A stretch of 64,000 bases of DNA from positions 1,920 through 65,919 of the forward strand of contig CAZEDC010000030.1 in the NCBI GenBank assembly GCA_964510985.1, given 5' to 3'. Source of the DNA: an uncultured Dehalococcoidia bacterium. GTDB taxonomy: Bacteria; Chloroflexota; Dehalococcoidia; Lucifugimonadales; CAZEDC01. Below are positions 28,270-38,833 of this stretch, one piece after another; the first letter of the stretch is position 1; every line of letters starts with the position of its first letter. The notes beneath the pieces are model-generated. The model saw nothing but the letters and a program-made list of their open reading frames with translations, made no database searches and was not told the DNA's origin. Both the position numbers and the translations under genes were made by a program.

Positions 28270-28583
28270 TTGAGCTAGCCCACTTCCAGGTGTTGAGCGC
28301 CGCGCTGTTCGCCATCGGACTCTACGGGATCCTGGCGCGCAGGAGCGCTGTGCTCATCCTAATGTCTATCGAGTTGATGTTGAACGCGGTCAACATCAAC
28401 CTGATCGGGTACGCCGCGTTCGCGGACTTCACCAGTCCACAACGCACCCTGGGTCAGGTGCTGGTGATCTTCGTGATAACCATTGCGGCCGCCGAACTCG
28501 CCCTGGCCGTGGCGATCATTCTGCGGCTGTACAGGAACCGCTCCTCGGTCAACGTGGACGAGATCGACCTGATGAAATGGTAA
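28266..28583 (+). CDS. nuoK: Complex I subunit K
   Basis: LMSIELMLNAVNIN, AAAELA. Confidence 0.96.
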   Translation: MIELAHFQVLSAALFAIGLYGILARRSAVLILMSIELMLNAVNINLIGYAAFADFTSPQRTLGQVLVIFVITIAAAELALAVAIILRLYRNRSSVNVDEIDLMKW

Positions 28584-28697
28584 TCATCTCTGATTGGACC
28601 GGCGAGGATCTAGGGAAACAGGTCGTAGATAGAAAGGTGAAATAATTCCAGGCGCTGGTTGCCTGGTTTTTCCGACTGAAGGATAGAGCGCACAGCA

Positions 28698-30578
28698 ATG
28701 CCTTTTGGCGATAATATAGGAGTGGACTGGGCCTGGGTAATTCCGGCCCTCAGCGCTTCCGCATTTTTCCTGGTCGTCATCTTTGGGAAGTTCCTGCCGA
28801 AGCAGGGCTCCTTCATCTCTATCATCGCGATCTTCCTGGGTTTCCTCCTTTTCTGGTACGTCCTGAACGATCTGCTTAAGAACGGTGATTCGTCCTTCAC
28901 CCTCCACTGGCTGACCATCGGCGACACCGAGTTGAACTGGGGCGTGGACGTTAACCGGCTCTCGGTGACCATGCTGGGCCTGGTCACCTTCGTGGCATTC
29001 CTGATACAGGTCTACTCCCTGGGCTACATGAAGGGCGACCCACGCCTCGGCTGGTACTTCGCCGCCCATTCCATGTTCGCGGCGGCGATGCTGGCCCTGG
29101 TCCTGGCCGACAACCTGCTGTTCGTATACATCTCCTGGGAGCTAGTGGGCCTGGGTTCCTACCTGTTGATAGGTTTCTGGTACGAGCGGCGCTCGGCTGC
29201 CGAGGCGGCCAAGAAGGCGTTCATCACAACCCGTTTGGGCGACGTCGGGCTGCTGGTCGGCATCATACTCCTGTACAAGGCCACCGGCACCTTCGATATC
29301 TCGACGATCTTCCATGTCGCAGCGCAGGGCGGAATCAGCGACACTACCCTTAACGCCTCCGCCTTCCTCATCTTCCTGGGAGCTATGGGCAAGTCGGCCC
29401 AGTTCCCCTTCCACGTGTGGCTGCCCGACGCCATGGAAGGCCCGACGCCGGTCAGCGCACTGATACACGCCGCAACCATGGTCGCCGCGGGCGTGTTCCT
29501 GGTGGCACGAATGATGCCGATATACGAGCTGGCGCCCTCCATTCTCCTGGTCGTTGCCGGCGTCGGACTTTTCACCTTCATCTTCGCCGGCACGATGGCC
29601 ATGGTCATGAGAGACGTGAAGCGGGTGCTGGCCTACTCGACGATCAGCCACCTGGGGCTGATGATGCTGGCTCTCGGCGCCGGGCCGGCCGGCGTGGCGG
29701 CGGCCATTTTCCATCTGGTGGCTCACGGCGTCTCCAAGGCGATGCTGTTCCTGGGCGCGGGCAGCGTCATGCACAGCCTGCACGATGAGACCGACATCTG
29801 GAAGATGGGCGGGTTGCGACACAGGATGCCGATCACAGCCATCACCTTCGCCATAGGTGCGGCGGCGCTGGCCGGGATCGCGCCGCTGAGCGGCTTCTTC
29901 AGCAAGGACGAGGTGCTCCTTTCCGTGTTCGACCACCGCCCTCCCGTGTTCGTCATTCTGGCGTTGGCCGGGGTAGTCCTGAGTGCGCTCTACATGGCCC
30001 GCGTCACCTTCGTCGTGTTCTTCGGAAAGTTGAAAACCGAGAATGAGCAGGCCCACGAGTCGCCGTTCGTGATGACCGTGCCGCTGATGCTGCTGGCGGT
30101 CTTCTCGCTGAGCGTGGGCTTCCTGGCCTTCAACTGGACCGAGGCCTACGGCGGTTTCGGCGATTTCCTGACCGGAGAAGGGGAGTTCCACGTTAAGGCG
30201 TGGCTGACCGGGCTATCGCTGGTGCTGGTGCTGGCCGGGGTGCTCATCGGGTGGCTGACCTACATGAAAGGCAGAATTTCCCACCGGGCCTGGGCCGAGC
30301 GTCACCCAGCGGTCCACCGGCTGCTGGTCAACAAGTACTACATGGACGAAATGATCCAGTGGGGGATAGACCGCATCGTGATGGTCTTCGGTCGTTTCGT
30401 GGCGGTGTTCGACCGAGTCGTCGTCAACGACATCGGCGTGAACGGGTCGGCTTTTACGGTCATGCTGTCGGCCGTCAGGCTGAAGTACGTCCAGTCGGGA
30501 CGTCTTTACAACTATGGGGCGGCCATGGCCCTCGGCGTGTTCGGCCTCGGGCTGATCTGGTGGATAGTGCTGACGTAG
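28698..30578 (+). CDS. nuoL: Complex I subunit L
   Basis: WELVGLGSYLLIGFW, KSAQFPFHVWLPDAMEGPTPVSALIHAATMV. Confidence 0.97.
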   Translation: MPFGDNIGVDWAWVIPALSASAFFLVVIFGKFLPKQGSFISIIAIFLGFLLFWYVLNDLLKNGDSSFTLHWLTIGDTELNWGVDVNRLSVTMLGLVTFVAFLIQVYSLGYMKGDPRLGWYFAAHSMFAAAMLALVLADNLLFVYISWELVGLGSYLLIGFWYERRSAAEAAKKAFITTRLGDVGLLVGIILLYKATGTFDISTIFHVAAQGGISDTTLNASAFLIFLGAMGKSAQFPFHVWLPDAMEGPTPVSALIHAATMVAAGVFLVARMMPIYELAPSILLVVAGVGLFTFIFAGTMAMVMRDVKRVLAYSTISHLGLMMLALGAGPAGVAAAIFHLVAHGVSKAMLFLGAGSVMHSLHDETDIWKMGGLRHRMPITAITFAIGAAALAGIAPLSGFFSKDEVLLSVFDHRPPVFVILALAGVVLSALYMARVTFVVFFGKLKTENEQAHESPFVMTVPLMLLAVFSLSVGFLAFNWTEAYGGFGDFLTGEGEFHVKAWLTGLSLVLVLAGVLIGWLTYMKGRISHRAWAERHPAVHRLLVNKYYMDEMIQWGIDRIVMVFGRFVAVFDRVVVNDIGVNGSAFTVMLSAVRLKYVQSGRLYNYGAAMALGVFGLGLIWWIVLT

Positions 30579-30581
30579 TGC

Positions 30582-30703
30582 CTCCTCCTTCCCCGAGGGG
30601 GAGGAGATGAAATGTGGCACTCGGTAATCGACGGAACTTGGTCACGAATGAGAAGAAGGCTTAAATATCCCTTCCCCCACTGGGGGAAGGTTAGGATGGG
30701 GGG
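30582..30703. repeat. REP-like palindromes in the nuoL-nuoM spacer
   Basis: CTCCTTCCCC-GA-GGGGGAGGAG and CCTTCCCCC-ACT-GGGGGAAGG followed by TTAGGATGGGGG. Confidence 0.55.
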
Positions 30704-30722
30704 ATCCGGCTAGAGAGCGTAA

Positions 30723-32258
30723 ATGGACACCTTTGACAGCTACGTACTCCTCATCCTCATAGTCCTGCCCCTGGTGGGTGCGTTGCTTTTCATGGCCACG
30801 CCCAGCTCCCGGCCGCAGACGATACGCTGGACGGCCACCGTCCTCGGCCTGGTGGTGATGGTCCTGACCTTCTACACCTTCCTGGCCTACGACCGCGGCG
30901 AGGGCGGCCTCCAGTTCGAACGGAGTTTTAGTTGGCTAGACTTCCCGGGCCCCTGGGTCCTGGGCGACTACGCCATCAACCTGACCCTGGGAGCGGACGG
31001 GCTCTCTACGCCGATGCTGATGCTCACGGGCATCGTCATGTTCACCGGTGTGCTGATGTCCTGGAGTATCACCGAACGCAACAAGGACTTCTTTATACTC
31101 TACTTCCTGCTTCTATCGGGCGTGTTCGGCGTGTTCGCCAGCGTGGACATGTTCTTCTTTTTCTTCTTCTACGAGCTGGCGGTACTGCCCATGTATCTGC
31201 TTATCGGGGTGTGGGGGAGCAGCTCGAAGTTCCCCACATTCAACCGTCCCAAGGAGTACGGCGCCCTGAAGCTAATGCTTTATCTGGTGGCCGGCAGCGT
31301 CCTGGTGTGGATCGCTATAATGGCCGTATTCGTCCAGGCCGACCTGGGAACCTTCAACATCCAGGAGATAGAAAGGCTCGCCTCGGACAACCTTTCCGAG
31401 AACTTCCAGCGTGTTTTCTTTCCGTTCTTCATGATCGGGTTCGGCGTGTTGGCGGGCCTGTGGCCGTTCCACACATGGTCGCCCGACGGACACGTGGCCG
31501 CCCCAACCGCGGTCAGCATGGTCCACGCCGGAGTCCTGATGAAGCTGGGAGCCTTTGGAATCCTCCGTGTCGGCATGACCCTGCTGCCGATAGGGGCAGA
31601 GGACTGGATGCCGGTGCTGCTGGGGCTGGCGTCGGTCAACGTGATCTACGGCGCCATCTCGGCCATGGGGCAGACCGACCTCAAGTACGTCGTCGGTTAC
31701 TCCAGCGTCAGCCACATGGGATTCGTGTTGATGGGTATAGCCACCCTCAACTCGGCAGGCCTCGGAGGCGCCGTGCTGCAGATGTTCTCCCACGGGATCA
31801 TGACGGCCCTCTTCTTCGCCGTCGTCGGCGTGATCTACGACCGGACCCACACCCGCGACGTCATGGTGTTGGAGGGCATGGCCAAGCGGATGGGAGTGAC
31901 GGCGGCCTTCTTCGCGGTGGCCGGTCTTACCTCTCTGGGCCTGCCCGGCCTGAGCGGTTTTGTGGCCGAGGTGCTGGTGTTTATCGGGCTGTTCAAGTCG
32001 TATCCCGCGCTGGGCATCCTCGGGATCATAGGCGCGGCCATAACCGCTGTCTACATACTCCGTTTACTGGCCAAGGTCTTCTTCGGACCGCTGGACGAGA
32101 GGTGGAAAGACCAGACCGACGGCTCCCGTGTGGAGAAGCTCGGGACCGCGGTACTGGTCGGATTCATCTTCCTGGTGGGGCTGTTCCCCTTCCCTTTCAT
32201 GCGGGTTATTGACGTCGGTGTCGGCGAACTTCTGACGCGCTTTCCGGGTGCCGCATGA
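30723..32258 (+). CDS. nuoM: Complex I subunit M
   Basis: FFFYELAVLPMY, PFHTWSPDGH, KLGAFG, YSSVSHMG, LPGLSGFVAE. Confidence 0.96.
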   Translation: MDTFDSYVLLILIVLPLVGALLFMATPSSRPQTIRWTATVLGLVVMVLTFYTFLAYDRGEGGLQFERSFSWLDFPGPWVLGDYAINLTLGADGLSTPMLMLTGIVMFTGVLMSWSITERNKDFFILYFLLLSGVFGVFASVDMFFFFFFYELAVLPMYLLIGVWGSSSKFPTFNRPKEYGALKLMLYLVAGSVLVWIAIMAVFVQADLGTFNIQEIERLASDNLSENFQRVFFPFFMIGFGVLAGLWPFHTWSPDGHVAAPTAVSMVHAGVLMKLGAFGILRVGMTLLPIGAEDWMPVLLGLASVNVIYGAISAMGQTDLKYVVGYSSVSHMGFVLMGIATLNSAGLGGAVLQMFSHGIMTALFFAVVGVIYDRTHTRDVMVLEGMAKRMGVTAAFFAVAGLTSLGLPGLSGFVAEVLVFIGLFKSYPALGILGIIGAAITAVYILRLLAKVFFGPLDERWKDQTDGSRVEKLGTAVLVGFIFLVGLFPFPFMRVIDVGVGELLTRFPGAA

Positions 32259-33760
32259 ACAACGACTTCACGCTGCTGCTGCCGGAGTTTCTAGTAGCGG
32301 GACTAGCGTTCCTGGTCCTGACAGCCGACTTTTTCCTGCGGTCCCACCGTAAACACCTGCTGGCATACCTGGCGGTCCTGGGACTTGGCGGTGTGCTGGC
32401 CTTCGCTCTGGTTGACCTGTGGAACACTGAGGACAGTCTGTACGACGGCATTGTCCACATCGATGGGTACGCCCTCTTCTTCAAGGCATTCTTCCTGGTG
32501 CTGGGTGGAATGGTCGTGCTGTCGTCGATGGACTACGTGAAGCGCCACCTGGAACATGGCGGGGAGTACTACGGCATCCTGCTGTTCACGATCGTGGCCA
32601 TGATGATGCTGGCCATGTCCGGGGAGCTGCTGACGGCCTATATCTCGCTGGAGTTGCTGAGCTTCGGGCTGTACGTCCTGGTCTCCTACGACCGCTACAA
32701 TCCTAAGTCCAACGAGGCCGGCACAAAGTACATACTGCTGGGAGCCCTGTCCTCGGCCTTGCTGCTCTACGGGATAAGCCAGGTGTACGGCCTGCTGGGG
32801 ACCACCCGGTTCGACGAAATCAGCGGGGCACTGGCCGGCGCGGGCGATCTCAGTCCGGGGGTGCTGGTGGGGCTGGTGATGATAATCGCGGGACTGGGTT
32901 TCAAGATAGCCGCGGTTCCCTTCCATATGTGGGCGCCCGACGCATACGAGGGGGCTCCGATTCCGGTCACCGCATACCTGGCGGTCGGCTCCAAGGCGGC
33001 GGTCTTCGCCCTGGTACTGCGGTTGTTCACCGAGGCCCTGATGCCGGCGGTGGCTGACTGGCAGCTAATTATAATCATCATGGCGGCGCTTACCATGGTA
33101 GTGGGCAACCTGGGTGCCCTGGTACAGCACAACCTGAAGCGCCTGCTGGCCTATTCCAGCATCGGACACGTCGGGTACCTGCTGGTCGGTGTGGCCGCGC
33201 TGGCTTCGGTGGAGTCCGACGCCAAGGTCTCTGTGGAGCTGACGGCCATGGCCACCAACGGCATAATCCTGCACATCGTGGCTTACGCGGTCGCTAACAT
33301 GGCCGCGTTCCTCTCGCTGAGCGCCATCTATAACGTCACCGGTTCCGACACGATGGATGGCATGACCGGTGTGGCCCGACGCGCTCCATCGGTGGCCCTG
33401 GTATTCACGGTGGCCCTCTTCTCGCTGGCCGGGCTGCCGATTTTCGCCGGGTTCGCCAGCAAGTTCTACCTGTTCAGCGCCGCCGCGGCACAGGGCCTGC
33501 TATGGCTGGCGGGCCTGGCCATCTTCACGAGCCTGATCTCCCTCTACTACTATCTGATGATAATCCGGCGCCTCTACATCGAACCGGTCGAAGAGATGAC
33601 ACGGTTTCCCATACCCCGCCTGACCACCGGCTTGCTGCTCTTACTGATGGGCGCCATCGTATTCCTGGGGGTGTATCCCGCTCCATTGATGGACGCTATT
33701 CAGCACGCCAGCGACGTGATCACGTCGTCGGACGGTGTGCTCCATCTGGTGCAACGCTAG
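32255..33760 (+). CDS. nuoN: Complex I subunit N
   Basis: EAGTKY, FKIAAVPFHMWAPDAYEGAP, KRLLAYSSIGH. Confidence 0.96.
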   Translation: MNNDFTLLLPEFLVAGLAFLVLTADFFLRSHRKHLLAYLAVLGLGGVLAFALVDLWNTEDSLYDGIVHIDGYALFFKAFFLVLGGMVVLSSMDYVKRHLEHGGEYYGILLFTIVAMMMLAMSGELLTAYISLELLSFGLYVLVSYDRYNPKSNEAGTKYILLGALSSALLLYGISQVYGLLGTTRFDEISGALAGAGDLSPGVLVGLVMIIAGLGFKIAAVPFHMWAPDAYEGAPIPVTAYLAVGSKAAVFALVLRLFTEALMPAVADWQLIIIIMAALTMVVGNLGALVQHNLKRLLAYSSIGHVGYLLVGVAALASVESDAKVSVELTAMATNGIILHIVAYAVANMAAFLSLSAIYNVTGSDTMDGMTGVARRAPSVALVFTVALFSLAGLPIFAGFASKFYLFSAAAAQGLLWLAGLAIFTSLISLYYYLMIIRRLYIEPVEEMTRFPIPRLTTGLLLLLMGAIVFLGVYPAPLMDAIQHASDVITSSDGVLHLVQR

Positions 33761-33841
33761 ACGAACCCCCCGCGGATTGGTTAAACTATCTTTCTGTGTT
33801 CTTTAAATAAGTTTGTCTATTTGTCTAATGGGTGCGTGCCC

Positions 33842-33878
33842 GCCTCCAGAGCCCCTGGGACTGGAGGCTGATTTTTTT
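33842..33878 (+). terminator. Putative intrinsic terminator after nuoN
   Basis: GCCTCCAG...CTGGAGGC stem followed by a T7 run. Confidence 0.6.
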
Positions 33879-33965
33879 GACGTAAACGGGATTGATAATA
33901 AAATCTAAGTCCGACAGGATGCCATCGAACCGAATAGGCATCCGTCATCCGCGGAGGGAGAACCA

Positions 33966-34685
33966 ATGAGCCAGGACCAGGAATTCACGCGTGGGATGGT
34001 GGTCGTCGCCCATGCCGACGATGCCGAGTATGGCTGCTCGGGCACCGTGGCCAAGCTATGCGCCGAAGGGTGGGAGATGGTCTACGTCCTCTGCACCGAC
34101 GGCAGCAAAGGCAGCAGCGACCGTGAGATAACGCAGGAGGAGCTTGTCCGCATCCGAGAGGGGGAGCAGATCGAAGCGGGTAAGGTGTTGGGGTTGAAGG
34201 ACGTGGTGTTTCTGCGAAACGAGGACAGTATGCTCCAACCCACCCTGGAGCTTCGAAAGGACATCGCGCGGGAGATACGCCGCTACCGGCCGGACGTCGT
34301 AATCACCACGCACCCTGTTCGGTCGCTGGATGGCGGATGGGGCATCGGCCATCCTGACCACATGGCGGCCGGCGAGGCGGCGCTCGCCGCGGTCTTCCCC
34401 ACGGCCCGCGACCACATGACATACCCCGACCTGCTGGAGGACGGCCTGGAGCCCCACAAGGTGGCCGAGGTGTGGATCATGGGCCACCCTGAGCCCGACA
34501 CCTGGGTGGACGTAACCGAGCACATCGACACGTCTATCAAGGCGCTACTAAGTCACGACTCCCAGGTCAACGGCCACTCCCCGGAGGAGACAGCAAATAT
34601 GATGCGCGAGTGGCGCCGGAAACGAGCCGAGGGCAAGGGCATGCAGTACGCCGAGGCCTTCAAGCGCATCCCGATGAGGCGGTAG
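33966..34685 (+). CDS. PIG-L/LmbE family deacetylase
   Basis: AHADDAE, TDGSKGS, HPDH, HDSQ. Confidence 0.9.
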   Translation: MSQDQEFTRGMVVVAHADDAEYGCSGTVAKLCAEGWEMVYVLCTDGSKGSSDREITQEELVRIREGEQIEAGKVLGLKDVVFLRNEDSMLQPTLELRKDIAREIRRYRPDVVITTHPVRSLDGGWGIGHPDHMAAGEAALAAVFPTARDHMTYPDLLEDGLEPHKVAEVWIMGHPEPDTWVDVTEHIDTSIKALLSHDSQVNGHSPEETANMMREWRRKRAEGKGMQYAEAFKRIPMRR

Positions 34686-34837
34686 GCGGCGTCCTCCGCC
34701 TGGAAGCTGCCCCGCTCTGTTGACGAAGTCAACAGAGCCCCCGTTAGGTACGCACCACCTGAGCAGACACTATAGATGGCGCGTGGCAACCGTCGGGTGT
34801 ACACTTATCCGCTGCAAACCAGAGAGGAGGTGTTTCT

Positions 34838-35212
34838 ATGCCAGCACGTAAACCCCAAGAGGCCAATACACTGGTCGTTCAGGCCATCAACGACGGCGAC
34901 ATGGAAGCTGCGTTGGCCCTCTACGAGCCTGACGCAAGCTTCGTGCCCGAGCCGGGGCAGGTGGTCACGGGGAGGGAGGCTATTCGCCAGGTCTTGGATG
35001 GTTTCATGGCGTTGAAGCCGGCCCTGACCATCGAAGTGCCCACGGTCGTCCAGTCCGGGGACATCGCCTTGCTCTACTCCGAGTGGTCCCTAACGGGCAC
35101 CGACGCAGACGGCGGACCTCTGACCATGAGCGGAAAAGGCAGAGAGGTGGTGCGCCGCCAGCCCAACGGAGACTGGCTGTTCGTGGTAGACGATCCCAAC
35201 GGCGGTGGCTAG
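34838..35212 (+). CDS. NTF2/SnoaL-like (YybH) protein
   Basis: GDMEAALALYEPDA, GREAIR, VVRRQPNGDWLFVVDDP. Confidence 0.85.
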   Translation: MPARKPQEANTLVVQAINDGDMEAALALYEPDASFVPEPGQVVTGREAIRQVLDGFMALKPALTIEVPTVVQSGDIALLYSEWSLTGTDADGGPLTMSGKGREVVRRQPNGDWLFVVDDPNGGG

Positions 35213-35325
35213 GCCATACGAGCCCCAAACCGGCACGGATGATAGACTATTGCGGTCGCACCGCATGACGCTGGTAGCTACCGTGGGTCTAATAGGGCGC
35301 TGATTCCAGCCAGCGGCCCCATCCG

Positions 35326-35925
35326 CTACTTCAGTAAGTCCATACCCTTCTGGAGTGCCTTCCGCCACTCGGGCATGGTGACGACCTCCGGCAACGGTCT
35401 TGGGGGTATTGGCGAGGCGGAAAAACCCTGGAGCGCCAGCTGCCACCAGCCGACATCGTGCCACCGCCCGAGTTTGTGCCCTACGGAACGGTACACGCCG
35501 ATGGGCTTGAAACCAAGTTTCTCGTGCAGCTTAACGCTGGCTTCGTTGGGCAGCGCGATGGCCGCGAAGGCGTTGTGGTACCCCTGGACCCGGAGGCACC
35601 GGCACAGCGCCGTGTAAAGCGCCCGGCCCACGCCCCGGCCCCGCGAGGCAGGGCCGACGTAGACCGTTACCTCGACCGACCACTGGTACGCTGCCCGGGC
35701 ACGGTAGCTCCCGGCGTAGGCATACCCGAGGATTTTCCCGTCCTCCTCGCAGACCAGCCACGGTGTCTGTCGTAGTGTATTACTGACCCGCAACTGGAAC
35801 TCGGCCACCGTCGGTGGCTCCAGCTCGAAGGATATGGCCGTCTCCCGGATGATGGGAGTGTAGATGGCCAGCATCCGTTCCGCGTCCGTCTCCAGGGCCA
35901 GCCTGATTACGGTGTTTGTTGGCAT
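35326..35925 (-). CDS. GNAT, phosphinothricin/arsinothricin acetyltransferase-like
   Basis: TAISFE, GYAYA, AYQWSVE, GRGVGRALY, PNEASVKLHEKLGF, GHKLGRWHDV. Confidence 0.88.
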   Translation of the reverse strand: MPTNTVIRLALETDAERMLAIYTPIIRETAISFELEPPTVAEFQLRVSNTLRQTPWLVCEEDGKILGYAYAGSYRARAAYQWSVEVTVYVGPASRGRGVGRALYTALCRCLRVQGYHNAFAAIALPNEASVKLHEKLGFKPIGVYRSVGHKLGRWHDVGWWQLALQGFSASPIPPRPLPEVVTMPEWRKALQKGMDLLK

Positions 35926-36091
35926 CGTTGTCCCGGTTGGTATCCTCCCACCGAGCTATTCCCGGATGGTCGACGTGCCATATTGTACAGTGGCACGGCT
36001 CCGCGATACAGTCCGCTCTTCCCTGCCGGTTGACAGGTACCATCGGTGGGTAGAGAATTGGCCGCACACCCACCTGCTCCCGAGGCCGTAG

Positions 36092-37351
36092 ATGCCCTAC
36101 CTCGCATTGGAAGGAATCCGTGTCATCGACGCCGCCACCGGTGTCGCCGGGCCCTTCTGCGCCAAGCTGCTGGCCGACTACGGCGCCGAGGTCATCAAGG
36201 TCGAGCGCCCTGGGACCGGAGACTCCAGCCGGGCTACCGGCCCCTTTCCCGACGATCTGCGTCATCCTGAGAAGAGCGGCCTGTTCCTACACTTGAACAC
36301 CAACAAGCGGGGCGTAACGTTGGACCTGGCGAATCCCGCGGGCCGAGACCTGTTCAGGCGGCTGGTACGTGAGAGCGACATCCTTGTCGAGAGTGGCCCC
36401 CCGGGTGAGATGGACTCCCTGGGTCTCGGCTACCAGGAGCTTGCGGTCTCGAACCCCGGCCTGGTGATGACGTCCATCACCCCCTTCAGTCAGACTGGGC
36501 CACATAGCGGTCACGAGTTCACGGAGCTTACCTTGTTCGCGACGACGGGAGCAATGAACAGGGAGGGCATCCCGGTGCGCGAGCCGTTAAAGTACGGCGG
36601 TGAGACGGCCCAGTACTTCGCCGGTAACGCTGCCGCCGCCGCGACCATGGCGGCGTCCTTCGGCTCCCTCCTGAGCGGACGGGGCCAGTGGATAGACATC
36701 TCCATCCAGGAGTGTATGGCCGGTCATCCCCACCAGCTCAGCCGCCGGACGGCCTTCGCATACGCGGCCGATGACGACGCGCGCCAGCAACCCCACACCT
36801 CCTTCTTCTCCATCGTCGGGGAGGCCTACATGGTCGGCACATTCAGGTGTAAAGACGGCCACGTCTCGATCCTGCCAGTGGGCAGCAGCATGTGGCCCAA
36901 CTTCGTCCGCATGGTTGCGAGGCCCGACCTGCTGGACAATCCTCGATTCCGCGATCCAACGGTGAGGGAGCAGCGGCACAAGGAGTTGGAGGCCATCTTC
37001 CAGCCCTGGCTGGACGCCCGGACTAAAGAGCAGGTATTCGAGGCGGCGCAGGAGGCCGGCCTGCCCTGCGCTCCGGTGCTGACGGTGGACCAGGTGATGG
37101 AGGACAGACATCTGGTGGACAGGGGCTACTTCACTGATATCCACCACCCGGACGCGGGCACGCTCACCTACACCGGACTGCCCTTCCATCTGTCCGACGT
37201 CCCCAGGGAAGACCAGCGACCGGCCCCTCGTCTCGGCCAGCACAACCGGGAGGTGTTCGGCGGGATGCTGGGCGTTGGTGATGATGAGATGGTCGCGCTC
37301 GAAGCTCAGATGGTGCTGGGTGAGTCGGGGCCAATAGAACGAACCAGGTAG
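36092..37351 (+). CDS. Family III CoA-transferase (CaiB/BaiF), probably a non-catalytic subunit
   Basis: GPFCAKLLADYGAEVIKVE, NTNKRGVTLDL, GRGQWIDIS, APRLGQHN; Gln (ETAQY) at the usual catalytic Asp position. Confidence 0.9.
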   Translation: MPYLALEGIRVIDAATGVAGPFCAKLLADYGAEVIKVERPGTGDSSRATGPFPDDLRHPEKSGLFLHLNTNKRGVTLDLANPAGRDLFRRLVRESDILVESGPPGEMDSLGLGYQELAVSNPGLVMTSITPFSQTGPHSGHEFTELTLFATTGAMNREGIPVREPLKYGGETAQYFAGNAAAAATMAASFGSLLSGRGQWIDISIQECMAGHPHQLSRRTAFAYAADDDARQQPHTSFFSIVGEAYMVGTFRCKDGHVSILPVGSSMWPNFVRMVARPDLLDNPRFRDPTVREQRHKELEAIFQPWLDARTKEQVFEAAQEAGLPCAPVLTVDQVMEDRHLVDRGYFTDIHHPDAGTLTYTGLPFHLSDVPREDQRPAPRLGQHNREVFGGMLGVGDDEMVALEAQMVLGESGPIERTR

Positions 37352-37391
37352 CAGATTATTCAACGATTATCTTAATCAGGATAGTAGCGGT

Positions 37392-38708
37392 ATGGCCATG
37401 AACGACGCGGAACACCGTCCCCTCGCAGGCATACGAGCCCTGGAGCTGGCCGAGGTCTGGGCCGGTCCGTTCTGCGGGGCCCTGTTGGGCGACATGGGCG
37501 CCGACGTGATCAAGATCGAATCGGTCCAGCGCATCGGCAGGGGGCCGATCCGTCCCCGTGATGGCAATCCCAACTACCCGGATGGGGAGCCGGGCGAACG
37601 CCCCTGGAACCGCGGCGCGAACTTTAACGGCGTGAACCGCAACAAGCTGGGCATTACCCTGGACCTGACCAGTACAGAGGGGGTCGATGCCTTCCTGGAC
37701 CTGGTCAACCTGAGCGACCTGGTGTTCAGCAACTACAAGTTCGGGGTGCTGGACTCCTTTGGCATCGGCTACGATACTCTGCGACGGGTCAGGCCGGACA
37801 TCATCATGCTGGAGATGCCCGGGTATGGCAACACCGGGCCGTACAGAGAATACCGAAGCATGGGGATGACCCTGGACGCCATCATGGGACACTCCTCTCT
37901 GCGCGGCTACCCCGACCTGGACCGGTCATTCCTGACCCCGGTGCACCACCCCGATGCCGTCGGCGGTGTGACCGGAGTGTTCGCGGCGTGCGCGGCGCTG
38001 CACCACCGCGCCCGCACGGGTCATGGGCAGCTCATCGACCTGGCCCAGTCCGAGACCTTCATCTCCCATATCGGGGAGGCCTTCCTTGAGTACGGGATGA
38101 CGGGCCGTGTGAGGGGCCCCAGAGGCAACCGCCATCCTGCCATGGCGCCCCACGGCTGCTACCCTTGTCTCGGCGACGACAAATGGGTCACCATCGCCGT
38201 CCGCGACGAAGACGAGTGGGAGGCCTTCTGCCGGGCACTCGGGATGCCGGAACTGGCGGCGGACCGGCGGTTCGCGACGCTGGAGGCCAGGCTGGAAAAC
38301 CAGGACGAGCTTGACGCCTTGATTGGCCGGTGGACTGCGTCCCAGGACCGGTACGAGGCCACTCGTCACTTGCAGGGGTATGGAATCCCGGCGGGCCCGG
38401 TTCTGGAGGCCGGTGGAGACATCTACGACGACCCCCACCTGCAGGAGAGAGAGTATTTCCAGTTCGTGGACCACCCCGACGCCGGGCCCCACCTGCTCAG
38501 CGGGCCGATATGGAAAATGTCCGGTGCCCCGGAACCCCTCAACAACCCTACGCCGTCGCTGGGCCAGGACAACGAGCGCGTGCTGGGCCGCCTTCTGGGC
38601 CTGCCCGATGAGGTCCTCCAGGGGCTGGAAGAGGAGAACATCATCGGGACCGTCCCGCTGGAGGGCGCGGACCTGGGGGGCGTCCGCAGGCTCGCCAACA
38701 GGACGTGA
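37392..38708 (+). CDS. Family III CoA-transferase (CaiB/BaiF)
   Basis: WAGPFC..LGDMGADVIKIE, NRNKLGITLDL, HPDAVGG (Asp present), TGHGQLID. Confidence 0.92.
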   Translation: MAMNDAEHRPLAGIRALELAEVWAGPFCGALLGDMGADVIKIESVQRIGRGPIRPRDGNPNYPDGEPGERPWNRGANFNGVNRNKLGITLDLTSTEGVDAFLDLVNLSDLVFSNYKFGVLDSFGIGYDTLRRVRPDIIMLEMPGYGNTGPYREYRSMGMTLDAIMGHSSLRGYPDLDRSFLTPVHHPDAVGGVTGVFAACAALHHRARTGHGQLIDLAQSETFISHIGEAFLEYGMTGRVRGPRGNRHPAMAPHGCYPCLGDDKWVTIAVRDEDEWEAFCRALGMPELAADRRFATLEARLENQDELDALIGRWTASQDRYEATRHLQGYGIPAGPVLEAGGDIYDDPHLQEREYFQFVDHPDAGPHLLSGPIWKMSGAPEPLNNPTPSLGQDNERVLGRLLGLPDEVLQGLEEENIIGTVPLEGADLGGVRRLANRT

Positions 38709-38833
38709 GAACGGCCACCGGGCCGCTGTTTCGAAGAAGGCCATCCCCGCCCCCGTCGAGGATGAAAACCTGGGTAGATAATCAATACGGCTTTGCGGAC
38801 TGTCATGCCGGGTACAAATGGAGGTGCAGATTC

